A stretch of DNA of 64,000 nt from Treponemataceae bacterium (lineage in GTDB: Bacteria > Spirochaetota > Spirochaetia > Treponematales > Rectinemataceae). A model generated the notes under the pieces. It searched no databases. It saw only the letters and a list, made by a program, of their open reading frames with translations, and was not told the DNA's origin. Made by a program: the position numbers and the translations under genes. Position 1 is the first letter of the stretch; the number at the start of each line of letters is the position of its first letter. Positions 49,701 through 59,024 of the stretch are shown piece by piece. Location: positions 1,440,001 to 1,504,000 of the forward strand of contig CAXXHO010000003.1 in NCBI GenBank assembly GCA_963667725.2, read 5' to 3'.

Positions 49701-49725
49701 CGTGCAGAGAATGGATGGAATCCGC

Positions 49726-50847
49726 TCAGGCTTCCTGCTCGTTCCATTTGACGGGGAGGATGGACTTTTCGGTTTCCCTGTCAAAATATCGAGCCTTGCT
49801 CATCGTGGGATCGAAAACGATTTCGTCGCCATGTTTATAGACATAATGGGGACCAATGCGAGCGACCATGCCCTGGGTGGGCGTGGATGCCTGGAGATGA
49901 ATCTCGGCGCCGAGGGGCTCGACGACCGTGACCTTGGCCTTGATGACGCCGATTTCGAGTTTCTGGTTCGCCACATCGAGATCCTCGGGGCGGATGCCGA
50001 AGGAGACTTCCTTGCCGACATAGGGTTTCAGGAAGGATTCATGGGCGGCGTCAGGGATCAGCTTGAACGAGCCTTCGTCGATGATGACCTTTCCGCCTTC
50101 TTCCAGGACCTTGACGGTGAGGAAGTTCATGGGCGGGGATCCGATGAAACCGGCGACGAACTTGTTGATCGGATTGTTGTACATGTAGAGCGGCGAACCG
50201 ATCTGCTGTACGAGACCGTCCTTCATGACGACGATCTTGTCGCCCATGGTCATGGCTTCGACCTGGTCGTGGGTTACATAGATCATGGTGGCCTGGAGCT
50301 TGTCGTGGAGCTCGATCAGTTCGGCGCGCATCTGCACGCGGAGCTTGGCGTCGAGGTTGGACAGCGGCTCGTCGAAGAGGAATACCTTGGGCTTGCGGAC
50401 GATGGCGCGGCCTACGGCGACGCGCTGGCGTTGGCCGCCCGAAAGCTGTTTGGGCTTGCGGTCGAGGAGCTTTTCGATGTCGAGAATGCGGGCCGCTTCC
50501 TTGACGCGCTGGTCGATCTCGGCCTTGGGAATCTTGCGGATCTTGAGTCCGAACGCCATGTTGTCGTAGACGGACATATGGGGATAGAGGGCGTAATTCT
50601 GGAAGACCATCGCGATGTCGCGATCCTTGGGCGGAACATCGTTGACCAGTTTGCCGTCGATGTAGAGTTCGCCCTCGGTGATGTCCTCAAGACCTGCCAC
50701 CATTCGCAAGGTTGTCGTCTTGCCACATCCCGACGGGCCGACAAAAACGACGAACTCCTTGTCGTTGACGATGATGTTCGCGTCGCTCACGGCGCGGACG
50801 TTGCCATCGTACACTTTTCCGATCTTCTTCAATTCAACTTTGGCCAT
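49726..50847 (-). CDS. Stand-alone sugar ABC ATPase (MsmX/UgpC/MalK family)
   Basis: GPSGCGKTT, LSGGQRQR, DEPLSNLD and C-terminal TOBE region. Confidence 0.95.
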   Translation of the reverse strand: MAKVELKKIGKVYDGNVRAVSDANIIVNDKEFVVFVGPSGCGKTTTLRMVAGLEDITEGELYIDGKLVNDVPPKDRDIAMVFQNYALYPHMSVYDNMAFGLKIRKIPKAEIDQRVKEAARILDIEKLLDRKPKQLSGGQRQRVAVGRAIVRKPKVFLFDEPLSNLDAKLRVQMRAELIELHDKLQATMIYVTHDQVEAMTMGDKIVVMKDGLVQQIGSPLYMYNNPINKFVAGFIGSPPMNFLTVKVLEEGGKVIIDEGSFKLIPDAAHESFLKPYVGKEVSFGIRPEDLDVANQKLEIGVIKAKVTVVEPLGAEIHLQASTPTQGMVARIGPHYVYKHGDEIVFDPTMSKARYFDRETEKSILPVKWNEQEA

Positions 50848-51011
50848 ACTGCCTCCCTTTAGGGGTTTATGTTAGTTTGTCCAGTCTAACCCGATTTTCC
50901 CGACCGGTCAACGCTTAAAACACATCGAACGGCCCCACGAAAGAGGCGGACAGCGCGACGTTCACACCTATTCCTCAAAAATGAATTATATTAGTTTATG
51001 GAGGCTACACG

Positions 51012-51470
51012 ATGAAAACAGTAAACGACATACTCAAGATGAAAGGATCCAAGGTCATAACCGTCGATTCGGACGCGATCGTCGTCAACGCCCTCGCGCT
51101 CATGGCGGAGAACAACATTGGCGCCGTCCTTGTCACGGACAAGTCGGGCAACGTTTCCGGCATTTTTTCCGAAAGGGATTTCGTCCGAAAGATAATCGTC
51201 AAGGGCCGGAACAGCGAAACGGCGCGCGTGGCCGAACTCATGACCGCCGATCCAATAGCGGTAGGTCCCGAAGCCTCGCTTGGCGAGTGCATGAATCTGA
51301 TGACAGACCATAAATTCCGTCACCTTCCCGTCATGAAGAACGGCCGGCTCATAGGAATCATATCCATCGGCGATGTCGTGAAAGCGCTCATCGACGATCA
51401 GGACAAGATAATATCCGAGCAGGCCTTCGAACTGGGCCAGATCGAGCGCACGAATATGGGAGCCATCTGA
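51012..51470 (+). CDS. CBS-domain protein
   Basis: GIFSERD, RHLPV and GIISIGDVVK. Confidence 0.92.
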   Translation: MKTVNDILKMKGSKVITVDSDAIVVNALALMAENNIGAVLVTDKSGNVSGIFSERDFVRKIIVKGRNSETARVAELMTADPIAVGPEASLGECMNLMTDHKFRHLPVMKNGRLIGIISIGDVVKALIDDQDKIISEQAFELGQIERTNMGAI

Positions 51471-51490
51471 AAGCCTGCCCGCGAACATCC

Positions 51491-52308
51491 TCAGATTGAG
51501 GATATCCATGCCTGGGCGGCTATGCCGAAGGCGACGGCGACATTTATGGAAGCCTTGATTCCCCGCATGGGGATGCTTACGCGACGCCCTTCGGCCAGGG
51601 CAAGACACGATTCGGAAACGCCCAGCTCTTCCGATCCGAGGATAAGCAGTCCTCTGTCGGGAAAGACGAACGTGTCCAGGGACAGCCCCCCAATTCAAGA
51701 GCGAAGACAGGCCCAAAGCCCGGCAATTCATCGGGGGAGCAGCGCCTCCAGGGGATGAGGTCCACGGCTCCCATGGATGAGCGCAGCGCCCTGGGATGCA
51801 GAGGATCGGCGCAGCCTGCCGAGAGGAGGATTTCCTCGAAGCCGAGCGCTTCGGCAGTCCTCAGGATGGTGCCGACATTGAAGGGCGAGCGTATGTCCTC
51901 GAGGTAAACCTTGAGTCCCGGAAGGAAGGCGCGCGCTAGGCCCTCAGCCGCGCTTGCCCTGGGCGAGACGAAGTCGTGGAGATCCCAGTCCGCAGGAGCT
52001 TGGCCTGAAATCCTCATGAGCACATGGCGAAAATCGTCGATGGCGCGGAAGGCAAGGGGATATTCCAGCCGGGCGAGACCCTTGAGGCAAGCACCGGCAG
52101 CCGCGGCAAGCTCGGGAGAGGATTCAGCCTCGCCGGCCAGAAAGGCGGCCAGGTCGCGGGCGTAGGCGAGCAGTTCGGCCATGCGCGGCGTGACGGACGA
52201 TCCGTCGCCGATTTCGGAAAGCTCAAGCTGCGCCCTCTCGAGAAGGATGGCGCATTTGCGCGTCCTCGCGACGCCGTGGAGCTTGGAAAGCAGTCTCACC
52301 TGGATCAT
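51491..52308 (-). pseudogene. TrmH/SpoU-family RNA methyltransferase with a single frameshift
   Basis: EDIRSPFNVGTILRTA in one frame; LILGSEELGV and IPMRGIKASINVAVA in another after about 51686. Confidence 0.8.
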
Positions 52309-52315
52309 ACAGCGG

Positions 52316-53050
52316 TCAGCCTTCGGAGCGGCTTTCCTCCGCTTCGTCATCGGTTTCCGATTTGTCGCTCTTGCCCGCCACGAGTACGGCGAACTCGCCT
52401 TTCTGGGGGATTGGGTCGCCCTCCCCTCCGGCGATGCGGGCGGAAAGTTCGGCGGCGCTGCCGATGGCGATCTGTTCATGGATCTTGGTGAGTTCCCTGC
52501 CGATGCAGACCTGGCGCCCGGGCGCGAGACCCGCAATGTCCGCGATAAGTTTGGCGATCCTGAAGGGAGATTCGTAGAGCATGAAGGCTTCTTCCCTCTC
52601 CAGGAGGGCGGCGAGGCGCGCGCGGCGCCGGGAAGCCTTGGGGCTCATGAAGCCGTCGAAGAGGAGGCCCCGGCCGCCGAAGCCACAGGCGCTCACGAGG
52701 GTGGCGAAGGCCGAGGGGCCGGGTATCGGGATGACGCGGTGGCCGGCCGCGCGCGCCGAACGGACGAGCACGGCTCCCGGGTCGGAGAGTCCGGGCGTGC
52801 CCGCGTCGGTGCAGTAGGCCACTTTCTTGCCGGCATCGAGAAGGGAGATGATGCGCGCCGAAGCCCTGAGCTCGTCGTTCGCGTGACAGGAGACAAGGGG
52901 TTTCGCGATGGCGAAATGGTTGAGGAGCTGGAGGGTGTGCCTCGTATCCTCACAGGCTATGGTATCGGCGTTTTTCAGGGTTTCGAGCGCCCTCAGCGTT
53001 ATATCCCCAAGATTTCCTATCGGCGTTCCCACGATATAAAGTTCACCCAT
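52316..53050 (-). CDS. rsmI: 16S rRNA C1402 2'-O-methyltransferase
   Basis: VGTPIGNLGDIT, DAGTPGLSDPG, YESPFR and GRELTKIHE. Confidence 0.95.
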   Translation of the reverse strand: MGELYIVGTPIGNLGDITLRALETLKNADTIACEDTRHTLQLLNHFAIAKPLVSCHANDELRASARIISLLDAGKKVAYCTDAGTPGLSDPGAVLVRSARAAGHRVIPIPGPSAFATLVSACGFGGRGLLFDGFMSPKASRRRARLAALLEREEAFMLYESPFRIAKLIADIAGLAPGRQVCIGRELTKIHEQIAIGSAAELSARIAGGEGDPIPQKGEFAVLVAGKSDKSETDDEAEESRSEG

Positions 53051-53179
53051 CGCCCGATTCTCCTCATTGCTTGCTTTTTTTATTGTACAGAAGCGGCCGC
53101 GCTTGCGGAAGCGGTTTCAAAGCGCGGGTATCGCGCGCCAAAGCTCGACAAAGCAGGCAAATGAAGGTATTTTAGCAGC

Positions 53180-54304
53180 ATGACATCAGGTACCACCAAG
53201 AAACAGATATTCCTCATTTTTTTCATAGCCTTGTTCCTGCTCGTGGCAAGACTCTTCTATCCATTTTTAACGGTTATCCTGTGGTCCGGCGTGATCTACG
53301 CCTTCATCGCCCCGCTGTATGAGCGTTGCGCAAAGGTTTTCACCAAGCGCGACAAGCTCTCCCAGAAAAAGCGATCCGTGGTGGAGAATATTCTCGGCGG
53401 CATCTTCGCCGTCCTGGGAGTCCTCGTCCTGGCTGTTCCCTTCACCTTCCTCTTCATAGCCCTTCTCAAACAGGTCGTCGATCTATCCGGCAACATGATA
53501 AGGGTCATCGAGGAACATCCGGACATTTTCTCCCTGAGCCACACGAGTCCCATAGGCGGCTTCGTCTATCGGCTGTCGGCCGGCGCCATAGACCTGAGCG
53601 GCATCGATGTCCTCCACGAGGCGAAGGGCTTCCTCATCGCCAGTTCCAGCCGGATCATCGGTTTCTCTGGCACCATCCTCAAGAACGGCGTCTCACTATT
53701 GACCACCCTGGCCTTCATGATATTCACCTTGTATTTCCTTCTCGTCGACGGCAAGCACCTGGCTTCCCTCGTCGTTTCCGCCGTGCCGATCGAGCGCACC
53801 TACACGAAAATGTTCATGCAGAAAATGAGCGAATCCGGACGCCAGCTCGTCCTGGGATTTTTCCTCGTCGCCATCTATCAGGCTGTCGTGATGTTCATTC
53901 TCAGCCTCATTTTCAAGCTCGAGGGACCGCTCGTACTGGCCTCGCTCACCGCCGTCGCATCCTTCATACCCATGGTGGGAACCTCGCTCGTCTGGATTCC
54001 CATCTCCCTCTATATGGGGCTTACCGGCGATGTCGGAAGGGCGCTTCTGTTCTGCGCGCTGGCCGGCTTTTTCGTTTCATTCACCGACAACTTCCTGAGG
54101 CCGATGGTGCTGGGCGACAGGCTGAAGATGCATCCCCTCCTCATCTTTTTCGCCATCGTCGGGGGTTTGAGCATTTTTGGTTTCAACGGGCTCATAATGG
54201 GTCCGCTTATCGTGATTATCTTTTTCTCGGCCGTCGAGCTCTATGACCAGATCGATCAAGTCAAGGCAACCAATCCAGGCAGCGACGAGCAGAGTTCCTC
54301 GTAG
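53180..54304 (+). CDS. AI-2E (PerM) family transporter
   Basis: IPMVGTSLVWIP, DNFLRP and GGLSIFGFNGLIMGP. Confidence 0.9.
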   Translation: MTSGTTKKQIFLIFFIALFLLVARLFYPFLTVILWSGVIYAFIAPLYERCAKVFTKRDKLSQKKRSVVENILGGIFAVLGVLVLAVPFTFLFIALLKQVVDLSGNMIRVIEEHPDIFSLSHTSPIGGFVYRLSAGAIDLSGIDVLHEAKGFLIASSSRIIGFSGTILKNGVSLLTTLAFMIFTLYFLLVDGKHLASLVVSAVPIERTYTKMFMQKMSESGRQLVLGFFLVAIYQAVVMFILSLIFKLEGPLVLASLTAVASFIPMVGTSLVWIPISLYMGLTGDVGRALLFCALAGFFVSFTDNFLRPMVLGDRLKMHPLLIFFAIVGGLSIFGFNGLIMGPLIVIIFFSAVELYDQIDQVKATNPGSDEQSSS

Positions 54305-55110
54305 AAGGAATCGGCGACGGGGATTCCCCCCGCCGTCCTTCCGAGGCCGCAGGCCGGCTTCTCCGCGTTGTGGAAGTCCGATCCCGCCGTGACGAGAAAT
54401 CCTCGTTCCCTCGCCATATGTTCCAATATCCTGCACTGCCCCAATTTAGCCGTCGGATGATAGGCTTCGATGCCTTCCACGCCCGCTTCCTTCCATTCGT
54501 CCATGAGGGTGGCGAGTCTTGTCTTGCTGACAAAGAGCGAGTACGGATGCGCTATGACGGCTACGCCTCCAGAGTCTTTTATGAGGCGGAGGGCTTTGGC
54601 GAAGGGGAGACAATCCTTGGGAAGGTAAAACGGTTTCCCTTTGCCGAGGAACCGATCGAAGGCTTCCTGTTTCGTGCGCACTATCTTGCGTCTCATGAGG
54701 GCTTCGGCCAGGTGCGGCCGACCTATGCGTTCGGTTCCGGCTATCTCCGCTATCTCATCGAGATCGATCGAGATGCCGTCGACATGGAAAAGTTCGACGA
54801 TGCGCTCGTTCCTGATCACTCGCGCCTCGGCCAGGAGGGAGAGGGCCTCGAGGAGTCCCGAGCCGTTTTCGTCTATCCCCAAGCCTAGAAGGTGGAATTC
54901 TCCCGGATCGAAGTCGATTTCGATCTCCACGCCGGACACGAAGGCCAGGGAGAGTTCGGCCGCGCGGCGGCGAGCCTCGGCCACGCCCGCCACCGTGTCA
55001 TGATCGGTGAGGGCGAGGGCTTTGAGGCCCGTTTTTTTGGCAAGATTTACCAGCTCGACGGGAGAAAGCGCTCCGTCGGAAGCGGTCGAATGGGTGTGGA
55101 GATCGATCAT
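54256..55110 (-). CDS. PHP-domain phosphoesterase (YciV/TrpH-like)
   Basis: DLHTHSTASDG, TDHD, GRPHLA, AHP and GSDFH. Confidence 0.9.
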   Translation of the reverse strand: MIDLHTHSTASDGALSPVELVNLAKKTGLKALALTDHDTVAGVAEARRRAAELSLAFVSGVEIEIDFDPGEFHLLGLGIDENGSGLLEALSLLAEARVIRNERIVELFHVDGISIDLDEIAEIAGTERIGRPHLAEALMRRKIVRTKQEAFDRFLGKGKPFYLPKDCLPFAKALRLIKDSGGVAVIAHPYSLFVSKTRLATLMDEWKEAGVEGIEAYHPTAKLGQCRILEHMARERGFLVTAGSDFHNAEKPACGLGRTAGGIPVADSFYEELCSSLPGLVALT

Positions 55111-56030
55111 CGCTGCAGCAGGGGGCCAGTGCCCCGCTCGCCGTAACCGTATATCGGCAGGGGCCGGCTCAGCGCGCCGGAGACGAGGCCGACGAATCTC
55201 ATGACCGCTTCATCGGAAAGGGCGCTGATTCCGGCTTCCAGAGGCGCGCGAGCGAGCGTGTATACTTGGATGGCGTTGATGGCGGCGCCTTTTTCCAGCA
55301 TGGCGTTGACGCGGACGGCGTAGGACAGGGCTTCGGCATCGTCGGCGGCACAGGTGGCGCCGGAAGCGGTGACGGCTTTAGCAGCGGCGCCGACGGCCCC
55401 GTCGGCGGCGCCATCCATGCCGCAGATCATGGTCTGGATGGTGACGGGCGTCGATCGGGCGAAATTCCCGAGGGCTTCCGAAATGTCGTCGAGGCTATAG
55501 GATGAGCGCGACATGAGGGCGAAGCGTTCCTGGCTGCCGGCGTCGAGTTTCGCCCAAATCTCCAGGGGTTCGCGGCGCGCGAACTCGGCCAGGCGGCGCG
55601 CGGTCTCCTCAGCCATAAAGCCGGTTGAATTAGTGATGATGACGATGGGGCAGGCGCCGGGGACGAGGATGTCCTGATGTCGGCGCCGCGCCGCGGCGCA
55701 GATTTCGAGGGCTTCCCAAAGATGCGGCGAAAGCGTGGGTTCGCCGTTGCCCGAAACGCAGAGGTCGCGGACGGGCCGCGGCGCCCATGCCGCTTTGTAG
55801 CCCACGGCGAGAAAAGCTTCCAGTTCATCTTCAAGCGCCTCCGCGGAAAAAACCCTGCTACCGGCAAAGGGCCGCACCTCGCAATAGGGGCAGTCGAAGC
55901 TGCAGCGCTTGCCGTCGGGAAAGAGATTGATTCCCACGGAGAGGCCGCCCGAGCGCCTCGAAACGACAGGGTAGACCAGCGAGGACTGATCCGCTCCCCT
56001 GTCGTGAACTGAAACGGTGTATTTTCCCAT
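55107..56030 (-). CDS. Radical SAM protein of unknown function
   Basis: CSFDCPYC (CxxxCxxC), SGNGEPT and KLDAG; ATG 56030 preferred over ORF-track 56252. Confidence 0.85.
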   Translation of the reverse strand: MGKYTVSVHDRGADQSSLVYPVVSRRSGGLSVGINLFPDGKRCSFDCPYCEVRPFAGSRVFSAEALEDELEAFLAVGYKAAWAPRPVRDLCVSGNGEPTLSPHLWEALEICAAARRRHQDILVPGACPIVIITNSTGFMAEETARRLAEFARREPLEIWAKLDAGSQERFALMSRSSYSLDDISEALGNFARSTPVTIQTMICGMDGAADGAVGAAAKAVTASGATCAADDAEALSYAVRVNAMLEKGAAINAIQVYTLARAPLEAGISALSDEAVMRFVGLVSGALSRPLPIYGYGERGTGPLLQR

Positions 56031-56138
56031 ATGTATGATGTCATAGTAACGCCAAAATGAAAAATTATGCAATATTGAGCGGATTTCTGACAAGGTTATT
56101 GACAAATGCCCCCATATCATGTTTCTATGGGCAACATC

Positions 56139-56231
56139 ATGAATAGCACTGTCAGCGCCACGAACGGGTTCACGACCCTCCATCATAGCCACGGTCATCA
56201 TCTCAGATCGCCGGGGTCGAGTAGGGCTTAG
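56139..56231 (+). CDS. hisL: His-operon leader peptide
   Basis: MNSTVSATNGFTTLHHSHGHHLRSPGSSRA* (alternative in-frame ATG 56127); 5 His in 7 codons; upstream of a terminator and hisG. Confidence 0.75.
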   Translation: MNSTVSATNGFTTLHHSHGHHLRSPGSSRA

Positions 56232-56259
56232 ATCCGTTAAGGGATAAAGCATGCTATGG

Positions 56260-56294
56260 AAAACGCCGGCTCGCCAAAGCCGGCGTTTTTATTT
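56260..56294 (+). terminator. Attenuator terminator of the his leader
   Basis: AAAACGCCGGC-TCGCCAAA-GCCGGCGTTTTTATTT. Confidence 0.85.
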
Positions 56295-56368
56295 AGAGAA
56301 CCGTGGATCGCGACGGTTTCCCTGAAGAGCGCCGGCAGCCAAGACGGGCGCGGCAAAAGGGAGACACT

Positions 56369-57301
56369 ATGGATAATTCGGACAATCTTCTGAGAATCGG
56401 GCTGCCCAAGGGCAGGATGCAGGGCAAAGTCATCCAGCTCCTCTCCGACGCCGGCCTGCCCGTGAACGTCGACGAGAGGGAATACCGCCCGAGAATTGGC
56501 GGCGATTCCTCCAGCGCGGTCGGCTCGACCATGCTCCAGTACGAAGCGAAACTCCTCAAACCCCAGAACATCGTCGAAATGCTCGCCTCAGGCAGCCGCG
56601 ACATCGGTTTCGCCGGCGCGGATTGGGTTAAGGAACTCGATGTCGACCTCGTCGAGCTCTTCGACACGGGCATGGACCCCGTCAGCGTGGTGGCCGCCGC
56701 GCCGGAAACCCTCATGGCCAAAATCGGCTCGCTCGCCAACCCAAAAATATCCTGGGAAGAAGCCTGCGGCAGGACCCCCGTCATCGCCTCCGAATACCAG
56801 ACGATAGCCAGGAAATGGATGAAGAAACACATCGCGGGCGCGACCTTCATCCGATCCTACGGCGCCACCGAAGTGTTCCCCCCCGAGGACGCCGACCTCA
56901 TCGTCGATAACTGCGCGACGGGAAGCACGCTCAGGGCGAACGGCCTTGTCATCATCGACACGATCATGAAAAGCTCCACCCGCCTCTACGCTTCCCGGAA
57001 AGCGATGGAAAACCCGGCCAAGCGGGAAGCGGCCGACGCCCTCATCCTGATCCTTCGCTCCGTCCTGGAAGCGAGGAGAAGGGTCATGCTGGAAGTCAAC
57101 GTTTCCGCGGCCGACCTGGAATCAGTCATCAGCATCCTGCCCTGCCTCAGATCCCCCACTCTTTCCCCCCTCGAAGGAGGCAAGGACTTCGCCGTGCGCG
57201 TCGCCGCTCCCCGCGACAAGCTGGCTGCCCTCATCCCCGAAATCAAGCGCCGCGGCGGCACCGACATCGTCGTCACCCAGCTCAGCCAGCTCGTGCCATG
57301 A
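56369..57301 (+). CDS. hisG: ATP phosphoribosyltransferase, long form
   Basis: RIGLPKGR, GATE...ADLIVD...TGSTLRANGL and C-terminal regulatory domain SPTLSPL. Confidence 0.93.
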   Translation: MDNSDNLLRIGLPKGRMQGKVIQLLSDAGLPVNVDEREYRPRIGGDSSSAVGSTMLQYEAKLLKPQNIVEMLASGSRDIGFAGADWVKELDVDLVELFDTGMDPVSVVAAAPETLMAKIGSLANPKISWEEACGRTPVIASEYQTIARKWMKKHIAGATFIRSYGATEVFPPEDADLIVDNCATGSTLRANGLVIIDTIMKSSTRLYASRKAMENPAKREAADALILILRSVLEARRRVMLEVNVSAADLESVISILPCLRSPTLSPLEGGKDFAVRVAAPRDKLAALIPEIKRRGGTDIVVTQLSQLVP

Positions 57302-58344
57302 AGGAGTGCCCCATCGTGGAAAAAACCGACTGGCTCAAGATCGACGCCAACGAAGGCCGCTGCATCCTGAGCGAGGAGCAGCTGGCCAGAGTCCTTTCTC
57401 CCGAGGTCGCGCGCCGCTACCCCAGGGCCGATCTTCTGGAAAAGGATATCGCCGCCTTCTTCAAGGTCGACGAGAATCAGGTCATCGCGACCGCCGGAGC
57501 CGACGACGCCATAGAGAGGGTCTTCAGGGCTCTGACCGGCCCTGGCTCCAAAATCCTCACGACGGTGCCTGGTTTCGTCGAATTCCTCGACGCGGCGAAA
57601 AGGACAAAGGCGACATTCGTCCCCGTCCGCAGGGAACCGATATCGGCCTTCCCCGCCGAAAAATTCTGTTCCCTCATCGATTCCGAAAAACCGGCCATCG
57701 CCATAGTCGCCAGCCCCGACAATCCGGCAGGCACCATGCTCGCGCTGGATGACTTCAGGAAGATAACAGCCGCCTGCGCAGCGCGTGGTAGCCTCTTTCT
57801 CCTCGATGTCACCTACATCGACTTCGCCGACGATACGTCGATTTTCGACGAGGCGCTGAAAACGCCCGGTGTCCTCCTCACCGGGAGTTTCTCCAAATCC
57901 AGGGGACTGGCCGGCTTCAGGGCAGGCTGGGGCATGACGGGCAAGGCGACCGCGGGCATCATCGCGAGCATGAGGGAAGCAGGCCCGCCCTTCTCCCTCT
58001 CGTCGCCCGCCATCGAGGCGGCCCGTCTCGCCCTCGCCGAAGGCAGGGAAGGATATGCCGGATTCGTGAAACGCGTCGCCGAAGAACGGAAAATACTGAA
58101 AGGGATCCTCGACGGCATGGGTGCGAGGACATGGCCATCCCAGGCCAACTTCGTGAGCGCCCTCGTGCCTGACGCCGAAAAATTCGTCCTCGCGCTCAGG
58201 GCTCGGGGAATACTCATCCGCTACTGGCCGGGCAGCCCCGACGCCGAAGGTCTCGTGCGCATCACCTGTCCCGGCGAAAAGGTATCATTCGACAGACTGC
58301 GATCGGCGCTTTCGCGCATGGAGGCATTTTCATGGAAAGCTTGA
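57298..58344 (+). CDS. hisC: Histidinol-phosphate aminotransferase
   Basis: SPDNPAG and SFSKSRGLAGFRAG; position in the his operon. Confidence 0.85.
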   Translation: MKECPIVEKTDWLKIDANEGRCILSEEQLARVLSPEVARRYPRADLLEKDIAAFFKVDENQVIATAGADDAIERVFRALTGPGSKILTTVPGFVEFLDAAKRTKATFVPVRREPISAFPAEKFCSLIDSEKPAIAIVASPDNPAGTMLALDDFRKITAACAARGSLFLLDVTYIDFADDTSIFDEALKTPGVLLTGSFSKSRGLAGFRAGWGMTGKATAGIIASMREAGPPFSLSSPAIEAARLALAEGREGYAGFVKRVAEERKILKGILDGMGARTWPSQANFVSALVPDAEKFVLALRARGILIRYWPGSPDAEGLVRITCPGEKVSFDRLRSALSRMEAFSWKA

Positions 58345-59024
58345 AGAACGGCAGAACCGCGTCAAGGACGAAACAGACCTACATCGTCGCCACGAGAGAG
58401 AGCAGGGAGACAAGTATAAAGGTCGAACTCGGCCTCTTTCCCGGCCCCATCTCGATCGGCACCGGCATCGGTTTCCTGGATCATATGCTGACGAGCCTGG
58501 CCTGCCACGCGGGATGGTCCCTCGCCCTCGACTGCGAAGGCGACATGGTCGTGGACGACCACCACAGCGTCGAGGACTGCGCCATCACGCTAGGGATCGC
58601 CCTCAGGGAAGCCATCGTCGAGCGCGGCGCCATAGCCCGCTTTGGGTATGCCTACGCTCCCCTGGACGAATCCCTCGCCAGGGCCGTGGTCGACGTCTCG
58701 GGCCGCCCCTTCTGCGACTGCGATCTCCAGTTCGAACGCGAGGCTATCGGCGAATTGGCGACCGAAAATATCGGCCACTTCTTCGCCAGTCTCGCGACGA
58801 ACGCTGGCCTGACCCTCCATGTCGATGTCCTCAAGGGTTCCAACGATCACCACAAGGCGGAAGCCGCCTTCAAGGCGCTCGCGCTCGCGCTGCGGGATGC
58901 GCTCGCCCCGGCTTCTGCCGTGACGTCAGCCTCCGATGCCGAGAATGCCCCGGCAAGCACGAAGGGAACGACGGTGATCAAGGTGACGAAGCGGGAAAAG
59001 GCCGGCGAGGAAAAAAACGAATGA
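58332..59024 (+). CDS. hisB: Imidazoleglycerol-phosphate dehydratase (monofunctional)
   Basis: GFLDHML, DDHHSVED and NDHHKAEAAFKA. Confidence 0.95.
   Translation: MESLKNGRTASRTKQTYIVATRESRETSIKVELGLFPGPISIGTGIGFLDHMLTSLACHAGWSLALDCEGDMVVDDHHSVEDCAITLGIALREAIVERGAIARFGYAYAPLDESLARAVVDVSGRPFCDCDLQFEREAIGELATENIGHFFASLATNAGLTLHVDVLKGSNDHHKAEAAFKALALALRDALAPASAVTSASDAENAPASTKGTTVIKVTKREKAGEEKNE

Noticed and set aside
56031..56252. N-terminal extension of the radical SAM ORF
   Set aside because: Overlaps the his promoter and leader on the opposite strand; no domain-like content
58514..59020. Arg-rich N-terminal extension on HisHF
   Set aside because: Alternative frame within hisB; the real start is ATG 59021
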